Origin: Antedon mediterranea
Lineage: Eukaryota; Animalia; Echinodermata
Assembly (NCBI RefSeq): GCF_964355755.1
Contig: NC_092673.1
Span: forward strand, 18,535,648-18,599,647
DNA: 64,000 bases
Direction: 5' to 3'
The notes under the pieces are model-generated. The model was not told the origin of the DNA and searched no databases. It worked only from the letters and a program-made list of their open reading frames with translations. The translations under genes and the position numbers were made by a program. This document shows, in pieces, positions 62,742 to 64,000 of this stretch. The stretch's first letter is position 1; the number at the start of each line of letters is the position of its first letter.

Positions 62742-64000
62742 CAGGGGTGGCGCCAGGATCTTCCCGACGCGGGGGCTACATTCCCCGATGAGGGGGCTAT
62801 GCGAGCGAAGCGAGCATCACAAGGCTGGGGGCCAGGGGGCCGACAAGGGCCCCCGGTGGGGGTCTGAAGCCCCCGGAAGCAACGCGTTCTAGCGTCATTT
62901 GAGGTCATTTTAATCAGATTTAGGGCAGCCATTTTTTCCATTTTTTATAATGCATAAATAAAATACTGCGTGCAAAAAAATGATGCGCGATGACTGTTTC
63001 AATCATATTTTTCAATTTAAAAAATAAAAGTTCAAAGAAAATTTAGAAAAATAGTATTGGAGGTCCTGGAAATTGGACTTATTATACTTCAAAACATGAA
63101 AAAAAATATATAAGTCCCTATCATGGTTGTGACTGAGCTAAGAAATGTTTGAAAAATAGAGATGTTAGGTCCCGGAAAATGCACTTCTTGTACTTCGAAA
63201 TATGACCAGCTTTATTGTTGGGGCTGAGCTAAGAAAATGTTTAAAACTAGAGCTGCAGGTCTTCAAAAAATTGCATTTTATACTTTGGAAACATCAGGCC
63301 CAGAGGCTTAAAAAACGCAAGCGTAGACCTTTTTCAGTCGGGGAAATAAGTTTATTCCTCCCAAGTGTATGCCTGCGTACCATCTGGACTTCCGAGTGGT
63401 GAGAAATTCATGACATACAGGACATTGAAAATGTAATAACTTAGCTATAATAAGATGTTGGCTAAGCGAAAATGGCATGTTTTTTTGTTTAGTAATGGAT
63501 GAAATATTTATTTTAGGTGCCCCACGGTACAGAAGGTTACTTGTAAATTAAAAAATTGGTGAACATACGAACAATTAACATAATTCGTTTTTGCTGTAGT
63601 GTAGCGTACGTCGACACAGTACACGACGTAACCGTCGGTAAACTTCGCCTGGAAAATAACTACAGTACACATTTTGGTCCCTGGATGGAACATGATATCA
63701 CGACCCAACGTTGAACGATTCGTACAAAGGGATACCGCCAGACAAGTGCGTACCTATAGCTATTGTTTAGTAGTAAGTTAGATCGCTGGCAATAATGAAT
63801 GCATATAAAGCGCATAATATCACTCTGACGTACTCTCACGGTCAATGAAACGTCGAGGTTTTCTAGGCGCTGAAGCTACGAAGTGAACGCGAACGAATTA
63901 TATTCCCCAACAAAAAGTACCCGAACCGTCGATAAACTTCGCCTGGAAAATAACTACATTACACATTTTGGTCCCTGGATGGAACTTGATATCACGCGTC
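62742..64000. mobile_element. hAT-like non-autonomous element, left part of copy 2
   Basis: Starts CAGGGGTGGCGCCAG; 63181-64000 matches 1-~860. Confidence 0.75.

Noticed and set aside
63181-64000. Window end repeating the window start as a circular contig or assembly overlap
   Set aside because: The copies differ by several substitutions and indels and are bounded by transposon TIRs.

Overview
AT-rich, intron-containing animal genomic DNA. The TE spectrum and gene type suggest a marine invertebrate deuterostome such as an echinoderm, but this is inference. The host content is a cluster of death-fold genes on the + strand. Gene 1 is 5'-incomplete and can be spliced by hand from 12 GT-AG exons (1744-28102) into an uninterrupted frame of about 890 codons. 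Its architecture is tandem-DED, tandem-DED, ZU5, UPA, tandem-DED, with His-Phe-Cys at the position where PIDD and UNC5CL carry the His-Phe-Ser autoproteolysis motif. A paralogous gene 2 begins with an ATG-bearing tandem-DED exon at 49940, and two broken tandem-DED exons lie at 12587-12856 and 56120-56515. The rest is densely nested mobile DNA: a full-length Gypsy element (14189-24024) whose pol is interrupted by a TTAA-TSD element, a full-length BEL/Pao element (34874-43173), several LINE fragments, Harbinger- and hAT-like non-autonomous elements, Helentron/DINE-like elements and a Helitron-like end. There is also a duplicated tRNA-like cloverleaf with an ATC anticodon inserted in (TA)n. All domain and family calls come from reading motifs by eye; no database searches were run.
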